Shown here: in pieces, positions 33,728-44,064 of the stretch
Layout of the letters: every line of letters begins with the position of its first letter
Numbering within the stretch: position 1 is the first letter of the stretch
DNA from: Kiritimatiellales bacterium
GTDB lineage: Bacteria > Verrucomicrobiota > Kiritimatiellia > Kiritimatiellales > Pontiellaceae
Length of the DNA stretch: 63,042 nucleotides
Assembly: GCA_030625905.1 (NCBI GenBank)
Contig: DAOUQA010000001.1
Span: 1-63,042, forward strand
Direction: 5' to 3'
The notes under the pieces: generated by a model
The model's database searches: none
Seen by the model: the letters and a program-made list of their open reading frames with translations, nothing else
Told to the model about the DNA's origin: nothing
Translations under genes and position numbers: made by a program

Positions 33728-34051
33728 TGCAGGCCTCCCGGAAAGGCCAAGCCGGCAATCATTGCCGGAGGGTTGTTTCTTGCAACGCTCGGCTGAACTA
33801 TTCATGGCGCAGTACAAACTGTAGCACAATATCAGCTAGGTTATTCCACGAGCGGTCTGCTGCTGGTTGCCACCCCGACGGGCACACAGGTTCTTCTGGG
33901 TAGCAGTTTGACTCCTTGCTCGACCGGGAACAAACCCGCTGGGTAAAGTTTAACTGAAGCGGGATTGCCTGCCGGGCAGTGGTGCGTATAGTCCGCGCAT
34001 CTACGGCAAACTTGGCAATTGCCGAATATAGGTTGAACCCGGAAAGATCCG

Positions 34052-35668
34052 ATGACCCTGGAAGCCTTGCACAATTTATTCCTGAACCAGCCGCTGGTGG
34101 TTTTGTTTGCCTTGATTTCAACCGGGCTACTGTTGGGCGGCGTGAAGGTGAAGGGCATCAACCTCGGAAGTTCGGGCGTGTTGTTCACGGCGTTGCTGGC
34201 TGGGCACCTGGGCTATTCGATTCCCGCAGGCGTGGGCACCCTTGGCTTGGTGCTGTTTGTCTACTGCGTCGGCATCGGTGCAGGCGACCGCTTTTTTACA
34301 TCACTGGCGCGCGAGGGGGCGGCGCTGGCCAAGCTGGCGCTGCTGATTGTGGTACTGGGCGCGGCAATGACCTGGATAGGCGCAATCCTGCTCGATATCC
34401 CGGCCGGGCTGGCGACGGGCATCTTTGCGGGCGCACTGACGAGCACGCCGGCACTGGCTGCCGCGACCGAAGGCCTGGCGGCGAAGGGCGGCGCGGATGC
34501 GGTGAGTATCGGCTACGGCATTGCCTATCCATTCGGCGTGATTGGCGTGGTGCTGTTCGTACAGGTGCTGCCGCGCATCCTGAAAATTAATCTCGACTCC
34601 ATCACGGACAGCCCCGACAGCAAGCGCGACAACCGGGTGGAAAATGTGTTGGTGGAGGTGACCAATCCCACCTTGTTCGGACAGCGCATCTCGGAGTCGG
34701 GCGTGACCAACTTTAATGCCTGCCAGATCTGCCGCATCTATTCAGGCGGCAGTCTCGTTCCCCTTCAGTACGACGACCCGTTCGAGGAAAACCAGATTCT
34801 GCTGCTGGTCGGCCGCAGCAGTGAACTGAAAATTGCCATCGATCTGATCGGCAAGCGCAGCGACCGAAAACTTCCGAAGGACGTTGAAAACGAACGGCAG
34901 AGCCTAGTCGTCACTTCCACGATCTTCATCGGCCAAAAACTGGGCGATGTGGCGCCGTTGCGGAACTATGGAGTGGTCGTCACCCGCATCACCCGCCTAG
35001 GACTCACCTTCGTTCCGAACGCCAACACCGTTATTGAGCGGCACGACCATTTTACCTGTGTCGGTCGGGTTGATGATTTGAAAAGGTTTTCGACGGCCGT
35101 GGGGCATCGTAGCAGCGCGATCGATGCAACTTGCCTGCTCTCCCTTTCGGTCGGCCTGACGCTCGGCATTGTACTGGGCATGCTTCCATTCGGGCTGCCG
35201 GGCGGAACCCCAATCACCCTGGGATTGGCAGGCGGCCCCCTGTTCGTGGCATTGGTTCTCGGGCATTTTGGAAAAATCGGCCCGATTTTCGGCTTTATCC
35301 CGCGCCAGACCCGCATGCTTTTGCAAGAGCTGGGACTCGTCTTCTTTTTGGCGAACGCTGGCGTGCGCGGCGGCGGCGCACTGATGGTCACGTTGCAGGA
35401 GCATGGCTTTGGGCTCTTTGCCTTGGGCATCTGCATTTCCGTGCTTCCGCTGATTGCGGCGTGGCCAGTTGCAACGCGTTTCTTCAGAATGACTCCGCTG
35501 CAGGCACTTGGCGGAATCTGCGGCGGCATGACCTCCACGCCCGCCCTGGGCGCACTCACCTCGAAAACCGATTCGCAAACACCGGTCACCAGCTATGTCT
35601 CCGCATACCCCGTCGCCCTCATTTTTATGATCATTATCGCGAAAGTGCTAATCAAGCTGATCGCATAA
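34052..35668 (+). CDS. YidE/YbjL (AspT-family) transporter with TrkA-C domains
   Basis: Duplicated membrane domains with GALTSTPAL/GGMTSTPAL and YGIAYPFG/YVSAYP; central soluble region. Confidence 0.92.
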   Translation: MTLEALHNLFLNQPLVVLFALISTGLLLGGVKVKGINLGSSGVLFTALLAGHLGYSIPAGVGTLGLVLFVYCVGIGAGDRFFTSLAREGAALAKLALLIVVLGAAMTWIGAILLDIPAGLATGIFAGALTSTPALAAATEGLAAKGGADAVSIGYGIAYPFGVIGVVLFVQVLPRILKINLDSITDSPDSKRDNRVENVLVEVTNPTLFGQRISESGVTNFNACQICRIYSGGSLVPLQYDDPFEENQILLLVGRSSELKIAIDLIGKRSDRKLPKDVENERQSLVVTSTIFIGQKLGDVAPLRNYGVVVTRITRLGLTFVPNANTVIERHDHFTCVGRVDDLKRFSTAVGHRSSAIDATCLLSLSVGLTLGIVLGMLPFGLPGGTPITLGLAGGPLFVALVLGHFGKIGPIFGFIPRQTRMLLQELGLVFFLANAGVRGGGALMVTLQEHGFGLFALGICISVLPLIAAWPVATRFFRMTPLQALGGICGGMTSTPALGALTSKTDSQTPVTSYVSAYPVALIFMIIIAKVLIKLIA

Positions 35669-35807
35669 CTCCTCTCCAGCCACCCGAGGACTTTCGATCC
35701 GGGTTTTCATCCTCCTTCCGCGCGGTTGAAATACTATTTCGAAGGGAAAGGCTGGGCTACTTTGCTGAAAATGCCGAGGCCGATTTCGCCTGGATAGGGT
35801 TCTCTAA

Positions 35808-36038
35808 TTACTGACCGGCACCCTCAAAATCCGTATCCAGATACAACGCTTCGACCTTGTCCCGCGCCCACTGCGTTTTACGCAGGAACTTCAGGCTCGA
35901 TTTAATACTGGGCTCCCAGTTGAAGCAGCGGATGTCGATCTCGCGTCCCAGCTCATCCCAACCATAGTGCTTCACCAGTTGCGTCAGCAGGCTTTCCAGC
36001 GTAATGCCGTGCAGTGGATTGTTGGGTTGCTCAGCCAT
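35808..36038 (-). CDS. VF530-family (DUF2132) small DNA-binding protein
   Basis: [19 protein letters not shown]...I.IRCF...[22 protein letters not shown] signature. Confidence 0.92.
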   Translation of the reverse strand: MAEQPNNPLHGITLESLLTQLVKHYGWDELGREIDIRCFNWEPSIKSSLKFLRKTQWARDKVEALYLDTDFEGAGQ

Positions 36039-36075
36039 AAAGGGCATTCCCTCTTTAACCCCCGTCGAAAGGGGT

Positions 36076-36819
36076 TTAATCCGCCTGGGCATCCTCTGCC
36101 GAAACCGGGGAGCCCTCTTTTTTGTGGTGGGCGGCAAGCAGGTCGTCCAGTGGCAGATCGGTTAGCTCGGTCAGGGTGTTGAACAGTTTGTTCATCACCC
36201 AGATCATAACGACCATGCAGGGCACGAGCACCACGACGTGGCTGAGGCCCGTCATTTTTCCCAGCTCGGCGGTAAAGGCCTCGGTGCCGGGTTCACTTTT
36301 CAACACGATCTTGGCGAGCGCATAGTTGAGCCCGGCGGAAAGGAACATTGAAGAGGCAAATCCCCAGGTCAGGCCGACGAGCCGCTTTTCAAAAACGATT
36401 TCGTTCCCCTTTTCCTTAAGGGCCTCCTTCAGCCGCTCCACATCGAAAAGCGCCTCGGTCATCATGATTTTCTTAATGAGCGGGAACGGGGTCTTGAGCG
36501 AACCAATGATGGCCAGGCCGAGCAGCAGCGGGATGGCGGCTTCCTTTATGGCGATGTATTCGGGCGGCAGCTTGAGGATCCCGAATACACCGGTCAGCGT
36601 CACGCTTACAACGCCGATGATGGACATGAAGTCCGCCTTCCGATCCTTGATGAGCGTCCGCAGCCCATAGCCGATAGGAAAAAGCAGGCCTACGACCAGT
36701 GCCCAGACCGGGCCGAGATATTTTTCCTTGCTTAGCAGGGTTAGAATCGCGACGGGAACAACAACGTTGATGACAATGCTCACCAGCGGATTATCCTGCT
36801 TGTGTTTTGCTTCGTCCAT
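36076..36819 (-). CDS. VC0807-like membrane protein
   Basis: [15 protein letters not shown]...S....[21 protein letters not shown]; GGAGG RBS before MDEAK. Confidence 0.8.
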   Translation of the reverse strand: MDEAKHKQDNPLVSIVINVVVPVAILTLLSKEKYLGPVWALVVGLLFPIGYGLRTLIKDRKADFMSIIGVVSVTLTGVFGILKLPPEYIAIKEAAIPLLLGLAIIGSLKTPFPLIKKIMMTEALFDVERLKEALKEKGNEIVFEKRLVGLTWGFASSMFLSAGLNYALAKIVLKSEPGTEAFTAELGKMTGLSHVVVLVPCMVVMIWVMNKLFNTLTELTDLPLDDLLAAHHKKEGSPVSAEDAQAD

Positions 36820-36902
36820 ACAGCCTCCGTAAAAGGGAAGAGGTCTACCCTTCCTTCGGCGTGAAGACAACAGAATTCGGCGCGCAGCTGGTGGTTCGCC
36901 CC

Positions 36903-38120
36903 CTATTGGAGCGGTTTGCGGAGCTGGAAACCGACGAAGCATACATCGTCGGTAAATTTTTTGTCTCTGGCAAAGGCAAGGGCATCGCCCTCCAGCCCCT
37001 GGAAGATGTCAGCCAACGAATCGCCGACCAGACTTTGCGCGGAATCGAGCAAGCGCTTTGCGCCATAGGCATCGTCAAGCGAGTTTTCAACGGTGCAGAG
37101 ACCGTCGGTATAGAGCACCACTGCATCGCCCGGTTCGGCTTGGAATTCAATGGAGGAGTAGGCAACGTCAGCTTGCTCTGCCAGCGCCGGGTCACAAGAT
37201 GCATGGTCGTCGCACAGCCAATTGGCTCCGTTCCCTTGCCGGAAGAGAATGGGTAGCGGGTGCCCGGCACTTGCAAAACAGGCTTTCCCGGAGACGGTAT
37301 CGAGCACGAGATAGCAGGCGGTGATGCTGAGAAGGGTTTCCTCATGGCACACCAATGGAATGAGCAACTCGTTCATGCGCGAAAGGTATGCGCCGGGCTC
37401 GAGCCCCAGCGGGGTGATCTCCTGCACAATTCCACGAATGAGTGCTGTTCCAAGCGCGGATCGCACGCCCACACCCCGCACGTCACACAGAAATATGCCG
37501 ACTTCGAAACCCGAAACCCGGTGGACGGAACAATAATCGCCGCCCACATCGCTGCACACCTTGAAGTGATGGAGAAACTCAACGCAACGCTCTTCAGGCG
37601 CGGCTCCCTCGGGAAAGACGGGGTAGCTGGAGGGGGAAAAGGTTTCTTGCAAATCACCCGCCATACGGAAATCGTCCTCCATCTCCTCCTTGATGCGCCG
37701 CATCTCTTCGGCGGCCTCTTGCGCATGCAACTCGGCCTCCTTGTGCTCGGTGATATCGCGCGATATGCCGAAGGTGCCGCTGATCTCGCCCGCCTTGTTC
37801 TTTAGCGGCATTTTGGTGCTGGAAACCCAGGTGGCGCTGCCGTCCGGCCAGGTTTCCTTTTCCTCGATGCCACGGAGTGGCTCACCGGTTTCGATAATCC
37901 TCTGCTCATCGGCAAAGGCCTGTTCAGCGTGCTCCTTGGTAAAGACATCGAAGTCGCTACAGCCCTTGACGACATCGGTAGACTCCCATCCATGCTTATC
38001 GGCACAGGCTTTGTTAATCATGATGAAGCGCGATTGCCCATCCTTGAAGTAGATGGCATCCGGCATGTTATCCATGAGGTTTTTAAGCAGATATCCGGAT
38101 CCAAGGGGTTTTGAAGCCAT
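36903..38120 (-). CDS. PAS + SpoIIE (PP2C) phosphatase, paralog 2
   Basis: PAS (IYFKD...GTFGISRDITE) and PP2C motifs GGDY, CDVRGVG, SAGHP, YTDGL, DDVC. Confidence 0.9.
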   Translation of the reverse strand: MASKPLGSGYLLKNLMDNMPDAIYFKDGQSRFIMINKACADKHGWESTDVVKGCSDFDVFTKEHAEQAFADEQRIIETGEPLRGIEEKETWPDGSATWVSSTKMPLKNKAGEISGTFGISRDITEHKEAELHAQEAAEEMRRIKEEMEDDFRMAGDLQETFSPSSYPVFPEGAAPEERCVEFLHHFKVCSDVGGDYCSVHRVSGFEVGIFLCDVRGVGVRSALGTALIRGIVQEITPLGLEPGAYLSRMNELLIPLVCHEETLLSITACYLVLDTVSGKACFASAGHPLPILFRQGNGANWLCDDHASCDPALAEQADVAYSSIEFQAEPGDAVVLYTDGLCTVENSLDDAYGAKRLLDSAQSLVGDSLADIFQGLEGDALAFARDKKFTDDVCFVGFQLRKPLQ

Positions 38121-38130
38121 GGTATTTCTC

Positions 38131-39366
38131 CTACATGGGGTTGCGGAACGTAAAGCCAACGAGGCAGACATCATCGTTGAATTCTTCTTTTCCGGAAAAA
38201 TTGACCGACGCGCCAATCAGTGCTGGGAAAAGCTCGCCCAAAGACAGGTGCCCGATCTGGCCTGCGGCGGCGAGCAAACGATCTTCGCCAAACTCTTCGC
38301 CCTCCGGCGATTCCGCCTCATAGAGTCCGTCAGTATACATCACCACGCTATCGCCGGGCCGGATTGCCCTTTCCAGCGTTTGATATTCGGCATTCTCGGC
38401 AACGGCAAGGGCCGGACCGCGTAGCGAGGCATCGTCCATCAACCACTGCGCCGAACCTTCCTGTCCCTGGAACAGCAGCGGGACAGGGTGGCCGGCGTTG
38501 GCAAAGCGTAGCGTTCCGGATGAAGCATCGAAAACCATGTAGCAGGCCGTGACGTAGAGGAACATGTCTTTCTGGCGCAGAATCGGCAGCAATAATTCAT
38601 TCATACGGCCCAAATATTTCCCCGGATCTTTCTCCAATGCGGAGATCTCTTCGATCATCGCGCAGATAAGCGCCGTGCCGAGGGCGGCGCGCACGCCGTG
38701 CCCCATCACATCGCACAGGAAAATGCCCGCCTCGGTGTCGGACAGCCGGTGAATCGCACAGAAGTCGCCGCTAACGATTCCGCTTGCGCGGTAGTGATGG
38801 AGGAACTGGACCGCGCAATCATTCGTGTCTGCGGCCTTGAAGCAAGGGTAGGAACGCGGGAAAAAGGTTTTTTGCAGATCGCCCGCCATCTGGACATCCT
38901 CCTCCATCCGGTTTTTGATGTTGCGGATCTGCTCGTCGTAGTAGGCGGCACGCAGCTCCGTCTCCTTGTGGTCGGTGATGTCGCGCGATATGCCGAAGGT
39001 GCCAATGATCTCGCCATTTTCGTCCGTCAGTGGCATCTTGGTGGTCGAAACCCAGGTGATCCGCCCATCCGGCCACGTCTCCTTTTCCTCGATCTCGACA
39101 AGCGGCTCCCCGGTTTGGATAATGTGTTGCTCCTGTTCGTAGGCCTGACGGGCGTGCATTTCGGTAAAAAGGTCGAAATCCGATTTTCCGACGATGTCCT
39201 CGCACGAAATACCAAACCAATCGCAAACCGCCTTGTTGCCCATAATGAAGCGCGATTCGGCATCCTTGAAGTAGATGTTATCCGTCATGTTTTCCATGAG
39301 GTTTTGCAATAAAAAATCGCTGTCGTGCAAATCGCCGGGCATATCCATCTCCTCTATCGCATGCAT
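38131..39366 (-). CDS. PAS + SpoIIE (PP2C) phosphatase, paralog 1
   Basis: PAS domain plus SGDF, CDVMGHG, NAGHP, YTDGL, DDVC. Start uncertain. Confidence 0.92.
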   Translation of the reverse strand: MHAIEEMDMPGDLHDSDFLLQNLMENMTDNIYFKDAESRFIMGNKAVCDWFGISCEDIVGKSDFDLFTEMHARQAYEQEQHIIQTGEPLVEIEEKETWPDGRITWVSTTKMPLTDENGEIIGTFGISRDITDHKETELRAAYYDEQIRNIKNRMEEDVQMAGDLQKTFFPRSYPCFKAADTNDCAVQFLHHYRASGIVSGDFCAIHRLSDTEAGIFLCDVMGHGVRAALGTALICAMIEEISALEKDPGKYLGRMNELLLPILRQKDMFLYVTACYMVFDASSGTLRFANAGHPVPLLFQGQEGSAQWLMDDASLRGPALAVAENAEYQTLERAIRPGDSVVMYTDGLYEAESPEGEEFGEDRLLAAAGQIGHLSLGELFPALIGASVNFSGKEEFNDDVCLVGFTFRNPM

Positions 39367-39449
39367 TGTTAGGTCAGCCCCTCGAAAGCTTCAATGCAAA
39401 AGCCCATGAAACCACTCCCCTTTCCCGGGAGGTCTGCTACTCTGCGGCC

Positions 39450-39647
39450 ATGGAAGAACGCATCATCAAACTCGAAACCCTTGCGGCCATGCAGGATGAA
39501 ACCATCGGCAAGCTCAACGAAGAGCTTTTCCGGCAACAACAGGATATCGCCCGGTTGCAACGGCACATCGAGATGTTGGAAGGAAAGATCTCCGAACTCG
39601 GCGACCCGGAACCCGTCGCCGGGAACGAGCGGCCGCCGCACTATTGA
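39450..39647 (+). CDS. slyX: SlyX-family protein
   Basis: MEERIIKLE..AMQDETI..LN coiled coil and C-terminal ERPPHY. Confidence 0.92.
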   Translation: MEERIIKLETLAAMQDETIGKLNEELFRQQQDIARLQRHIEMLEGKISELGDPEPVAGNERPPHY

Positions 39648-39964
39648 TTCCAAGATCGGTTCTTCACGGAAGTGCATACCTGCGGCGGCCCCGGGTTGGT
39701 TCCGCCTCTATGCCGGCGCCCTCCCCCGACAAGGGCATGAAGCGATATATTCAACACAGCACAAGTGACTTGCAGTATGGATATCCCCTCTATTCCCATC
39801 CCTTTAAATGTATGGAAACAGGGCGCTTTACGGCGAGAGCGCGGAGTTCCGAAACGTACTTGCCTGAAGAATCTACAAACTGAGAACAGGCATGAAATAG
39901 GGGCTATTTCAGCCTGTGAGTTTTAAAATGCGCTCCTTCTCCGTCTGCTGATTACGCTCATCCG

Positions 39965-41230
39965 TTAATCCAGCTTCTGGAGACCGCCCATGCAGGGTCG
40001 GAGGGCTTCGGGCAGGTCGATCGAGCCGTCGGCGTTCTGATTGTTTTCCATGATAGCGATCACGAGGCGCGGGAGCGCGACGCCGGAGCCGTTGATGGTA
40101 TGGACGAAGGCGGTCTTGCCATCTTCGTTGCGGTAGCGAATGTTGGCGCGGCGCGCCTGGTAGTCGTTGAAGTTGCTGCATGAGGAAACCTCCAGCCACT
40201 TGTCCTGCGCGGGCGCCCACAGCTCAATGTCGTAGCACTTGGCGGCGCTGAAGCCAAGATCGCCGGTGCACAGTTCGATCACGCGATAGTGCAGGCCGAG
40301 CAATTGCAGAACCTTCTCCGCATCGAGCGTTAGCTTTTCGTGCTCCTCGGCAGAGGTTTCGGGCGTGGTGAACTTGACCATCTCCACCTTGTCGAACTGG
40401 TGCACGCGCAGCAGCCCGCGGGTATCCTTGCCCGCCGAGCCGGCTTCGCGGCGGAAGCAGGGCGTGTAGGCCGTATGCAGGATCGGCAACTCCTTGTCGA
40501 GAATCTCGTTACCGTACATGTTGGTGACGGGCACTTCCGCAGTGGGAATCGGGTAGAGGCCGTCGAGCGGGACGGCATACATGTCTTCCGCAAACTTGGG
40601 CAACTGGCCGGTACCGGTCATTGCCGTCTCGTTGCACATGAATGGCGGGGAAATCTCGGTGTAGCCATGCTCCTCGGTGTGAAGGTCGAGCATGAACTGA
40701 ATCAGCGCGCGTTCGAGCTTCGCGCCCTTGCCTGTAAACAGCGGGAAGCCGGAGCCAGCGATTTTTGCGCCCCGCTCCAGATCGAATAGGCCAAGCTCTG
40801 CGCCCAGATCCCAGTGCATCTGCGGCTCGAAGTCGAAGATCTTCTTTTCGCCCCAGGAGCGAATGACCGGATTGTCGTTTTCATCCTTGCCAACGGGCGT
40901 GGTGTCGGACGGCATGTTGGGAACGTAGAGCAGGGCTTCGCGCAACTTGGCCTCGACCTCGCGCTGCTCCTCGTCGAACGCCGAAATCCGATCACCCATC
41001 TCGCGTACCTGCGTCTTGATGGCCTCGGGGTCCTTGCCTTCCTTGATCATCTGGCCAATGCTCTTGGACGTCTTGTTGCGCTCGGCCTTGAGCACCTCGG
41101 CCTCGGCGACGATTTCGCGGCGGCGGCCGTCGAGCGCCAGCACGGCATCAATGTCCACGTCGGCATTGCGATTCGCCATTGCAGCCTTCACGGCCTCAGT
41201 GTTTTCTCGAATAAAACGGATATCCAGCAT
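39965..41230 (-). CDS. serS: Serine--tRNA ligase
   Basis: MLDIRFIR, PTAEVP, CFRREAG, RVHQFDKVE, EVSSCSN, NGSGVA. Confidence 0.98.
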   Translation of the reverse strand: MLDIRFIRENTEAVKAAMANRNADVDIDAVLALDGRRREIVAEAEVLKAERNKTSKSIGQMIKEGKDPEAIKTQVREMGDRISAFDEEQREVEAKLREALLYVPNMPSDTTPVGKDENDNPVIRSWGEKKIFDFEPQMHWDLGAELGLFDLERGAKIAGSGFPLFTGKGAKLERALIQFMLDLHTEEHGYTEISPPFMCNETAMTGTGQLPKFAEDMYAVPLDGLYPIPTAEVPVTNMYGNEILDKELPILHTAYTPCFRREAGSAGKDTRGLLRVHQFDKVEMVKFTTPETSAEEHEKLTLDAEKVLQLLGLHYRVIELCTGDLGFSAAKCYDIELWAPAQDKWLEVSSCSNFNDYQARRANIRYRNEDGKTAFVHTINGSGVALPRLVIAIMENNQNADGSIDLPEALRPCMGGLQKLD

Positions 41231-41330
41231 TGTTCCATCCCCATTGGTTGAAAAAAAAGAGTCGCTATTATTCCCCCAATCCGAAAAATTTCACGAGTTC
41301 AAAATGAGGCGTAATTCGAAATGAATATTG

Positions 41331-41408
41331 AACCACGGAATACACTGAACACACGGAAAGCAAGAGTCGTGTTCGCAAGGTTCCGTGTATTCAGTGTATT
41401 CCGTGGTT
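41331..41408. repeat. 28-bp-arm palindromic miniature element (9-bp periodic CACGGAA/CACTGAA units)
   Basis: AACCACGGAATACACTGAACACACGGAA and TTCCGTGTATTCAGTGTATTCCGTGGTT differ by one mismatch as inverted arms; 22-bp spacer. Confidence 0.9.
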
Positions 41409-41426
41409 AAAATGATTCGAGGCGAG

Positions 41427-42692
41427 ATGATGGATTCAAAACAGTGGTTTGAGCGGGCGAAAAAAGTGATTCCCGGCGGCGTGAATAGTCCCGTCCGCGC
41501 CTTCAACGGAGTAGGCGGAACGCCCGTCTATTTCAAGTCCGGCAAGGGTGCAAAAGTCCAGACCGAAGACGGCACCGAGCTGGTCGACTTCTGCGGATCG
41601 TGGGGGCCGCTCATCCTCGGCCACGCCCGCGACGAAATCGTCGAGGCCGTCGCCAAAGCAGCGGCCGACGGGTTGAGCTTCGGCGCCAATACGGCCAAGG
41701 AGGCCGAGTTTGCCGAACTCATTTGCTCGCTGGTTCCAAGCATTGAAATGGTGCGCCTTGTCAGCTCCGGCACCGAGGCGGTCATGACCGCTGTCCGGCT
41801 AGCACGCGGCCATACCGGCCGCCGCAAGATTCTCAAGTTCGACGGCTGCTACCACGGCCACTCCGACTACCTGCTCGTCGCCTCCGGCAGCGGACTGCTC
41901 ACCGGCGGCATCTCCTCGTCCGCCGGGGTGTCGCCCAGCGCCACCGAAGAGGTTTATGTTGCGCCCTACAACGACCTTGCCGCCGTGCAGGAAATCCTCA
42001 AGGCCAACGGCGACGAAATCGCCGCCATCATCGTTGAACCTATCGCTGGAAACATGGGGTTGGTCGAGCCGGCCGAAGGCTTCCTCGAAGGACTCCGCGC
42101 CGCCACCGCCGAATGCGGGACACTGCTCATCTTCGACGAAGTGATCAACGGCTTCCGCCTTGGTGCAACCACGTATGGGAACATGGCCGGCATCGCGCCC
42201 GACCTTACCACCCTCGGAAAAATCATGGGCGGCGGCATGCCCATCGGGGCGATTGGCGGCAGCACGGAAATCATGTCCAGTCTCGCGCCGCTCGGCCCCG
42301 TCTACCAGGCTGGCACACTCAGCGGGAACCCGGTGGCCGTCACCGCCGGAATGAAGACACTCGAACTGCTGCGCGATGAAAACCCCTATCCAAAAATGGA
42401 AGAGCTCGGCAAGCAGCTGGCCGAGGGCATCGGCCGCATCGCCGCTGAAAAGGGATTGGATCTGCACTGCGCCCAGCGCGGCGGCATGTTTACCCCGTTC
42501 TTCCGCAAGGATCCCGTCCGCAACCTCGATGATTCCAAGGCCTGCGACCAGCAGGCCCACGCGCGCTACTTCCACCACATGCTCGACTCCGGATTCTACA
42601 CCCCGCCCAGCGCCTTCGAGCTCGCCTTCGTCTCCGCCGCCCACACCGAAGCCGATATCGGCGGCTTTCTCCAAGCCTTGGAGAAATTTTAA
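41427..42692 (+). CDS. hemL: Glutamate-1-semialdehyde 2,1-aminomutase
   Basis: PGGVNSPVRAF, SGTEAVM, GCYHGH, FDEV, TLGKIMGGGMP (PLP Lys), YQAGTLSGNP. Confidence 0.97.
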   Translation: MMDSKQWFERAKKVIPGGVNSPVRAFNGVGGTPVYFKSGKGAKVQTEDGTELVDFCGSWGPLILGHARDEIVEAVAKAAADGLSFGANTAKEAEFAELICSLVPSIEMVRLVSSGTEAVMTAVRLARGHTGRRKILKFDGCYHGHSDYLLVASGSGLLTGGISSSAGVSPSATEEVYVAPYNDLAAVQEILKANGDEIAAIIVEPIAGNMGLVEPAEGFLEGLRAATAECGTLLIFDEVINGFRLGATTYGNMAGIAPDLTTLGKIMGGGMPIGAIGGSTEIMSSLAPLGPVYQAGTLSGNPVAVTAGMKTLELLRDENPYPKMEELGKQLAEGIGRIAAEKGLDLHCAQRGGMFTPFFRKDPVRNLDDSKACDQQAHARYFHHMLDSGFYTPPSAFELAFVSAAHTEADIGGFLQALEKF

Positions 42693-42768
42693 ACACGAAG
42701 ACACTAAGGACTCAAAGCAAGTACCTTCGTGGGCTTCGTGCCTGAAGCGAACTTGCGAGCGTTTAATT

Positions 42769-42843
42769 ATGCATCCATGGGATGTCAGCCCAAAGGAAGC
42801 GGTCGAGACCCAACGGATCCATCCCGGAGCCGATTTCCGGTGA
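42769..42843 (+). pseudogene. Endonuclease V (Nfi) N-terminal remnant
   Basis: MHPWDVSPKEAVETQR matches the typical Nfi N-terminus (H.W.vsp.EA..iQ) and is truncated after ~16 codons. Confidence 0.55.
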
Positions 42844-42864
42844 TTGACAAGGGAAGAATCAGGT

Positions 42865-43977
42865 TCACTTCATGATCAAGGCAAGAAAAGCGTCTAAACC
42901 ATCGGATAACTTTCTTTTCAATTTATTCTTCAAGGCTCGTCTTCTCAATACAGTTGCCTCGTGTCTCGCAACCATGTAATTCCAAATCATCTTGTTCAAC
43001 AGGGTGTAGTGGTTTCGCAGCACTCCGGCGACTTTGCTTAGCGTCCTTTTGACGGTCTGCATTGTCTCGGATTCGTTTCCTGATGCGGAAGGTTTTGTGT
43101 TGTCTTCCTCTTCCATTGTAAAGGAATCGCACAGGTACCCACGCCCCATTGGGAAGAGGCTTCTTCCAACCAACCTTCGGTGACGGAATGTGCGTGCGCG
43201 GGCAATAAGTAAAACCATTGTACTGAGACCCATTAAACTAGCGGTCGCGGACTCCGGGATGGTCTCCAGCACCCAGTTCGAGTAGTCGGGCATTGAAACG
43301 GCAAACGTAGAAGTGTATGAGCCTCCGCTCCCCGAACGGGAGGTGTTTATGCCCGCCAGTTTCCATGTGCCACCATCGTTGTAGAAGGTTCCGCCGCCAG
43401 AATCCCCAATCCCCGTGCCGGCCTCGTAGGCTGTATCGCCCAAACCAAACTCCATCAGAAATCCATAGTTCATGGTATAGCCAACAGAACCGCCCGCATC
43501 GTATCTTTTAATTGATGTCCTATCAATTTCCTGACCCCCCCAGCGCTTGGTTCCCCTTCCGAACCTGCTGTCCGTCCAGAATGTTGAAAATACGCTCCCT
43601 GTGCTTCCGTAGCCCACCATGAGCGCCGAAAGCGGGACTTGCGGAACCAGCTCACCTGTAAAAAGGGGATAGTGCCCCGGCAAGGCTCTGTCATAGCGAA
43701 TCAGGGCTAGGTCGGCCGAGTCATGGTAGACGACCTCCTGCTGGTTGTAGATGGTGCCATCGATAGACAATGTGCCGGATCCGGCATCGTCGGCCACGTG
43801 TGCCGCAGTCAGTATCCAAGAGCCGCCCACCGCCACGGCGGAGCTTCCCTTGTAGTAGTGGACATGGCTCCAGTCCAGTCCCGAAGGTGCGGCCTCTGCC
43901 ACAGTGTAGTCCTGCACCGTGATGGCTGATGTCGAGGCAACCAAGCCTGCGAAACACAAAACAACGATCCTATGCAT
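42865..43977 (-). CDS. Secreted trypsin-like serine protease with an internal PEP-CTERM-like signal and a ~100-aa C-terminal tail
   Basis: Signal peptide; triad motifs LTAAH, DLALI, GDSGG; IPES-TM-RARTFRHRR followed by an extension. Confidence 0.85.
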   Translation of the reverse strand: MHRIVVLCFAGLVASTSAITVQDYTVAEAAPSGLDWSHVHYYKGSSAVAVGGSWILTAAHVADDAGSGTLSIDGTIYNQQEVVYHDSADLALIRYDRALPGHYPLFTGELVPQVPLSALMVGYGSTGSVFSTFWTDSRFGRGTKRWGGQEIDRTSIKRYDAGGSVGYTMNYGFLMEFGLGDTAYEAGTGIGDSGGGTFYNDGGTWKLAGINTSRSGSGGSYTSTFAVSMPDYSNWVLETIPESATASLMGLSTMVLLIARARTFRHRRLVGRSLFPMGRGYLCDSFTMEEEDNTKPSASGNESETMQTVKRTLSKVAGVLRNHYTLLNKMIWNYMVARHEATVLRRRALKNKLKRKLSDGLDAFLALIMK

Positions 43978-44064
43978 ATTGACCTACCCCTAAATCTAAA
44001 TGCGAGCCTGATCATCGTGCGGGATTTGCGCAAAGTCAACCTCGTGCAGAATGCCTGTATGGGC

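Noticed and set aside
33728-34051. Possible riboswitch (e.g. c-di-AMP) upstream of the YidE/YbjL transporter
   Set aside because: Small hairpins exist, but I could not match the conserved core of any riboswitch I know; an Rfam scan is needed.
39644-39960. Short ORFs between slyX and serS
   Set aside because: No RBS, motif or compositional support.
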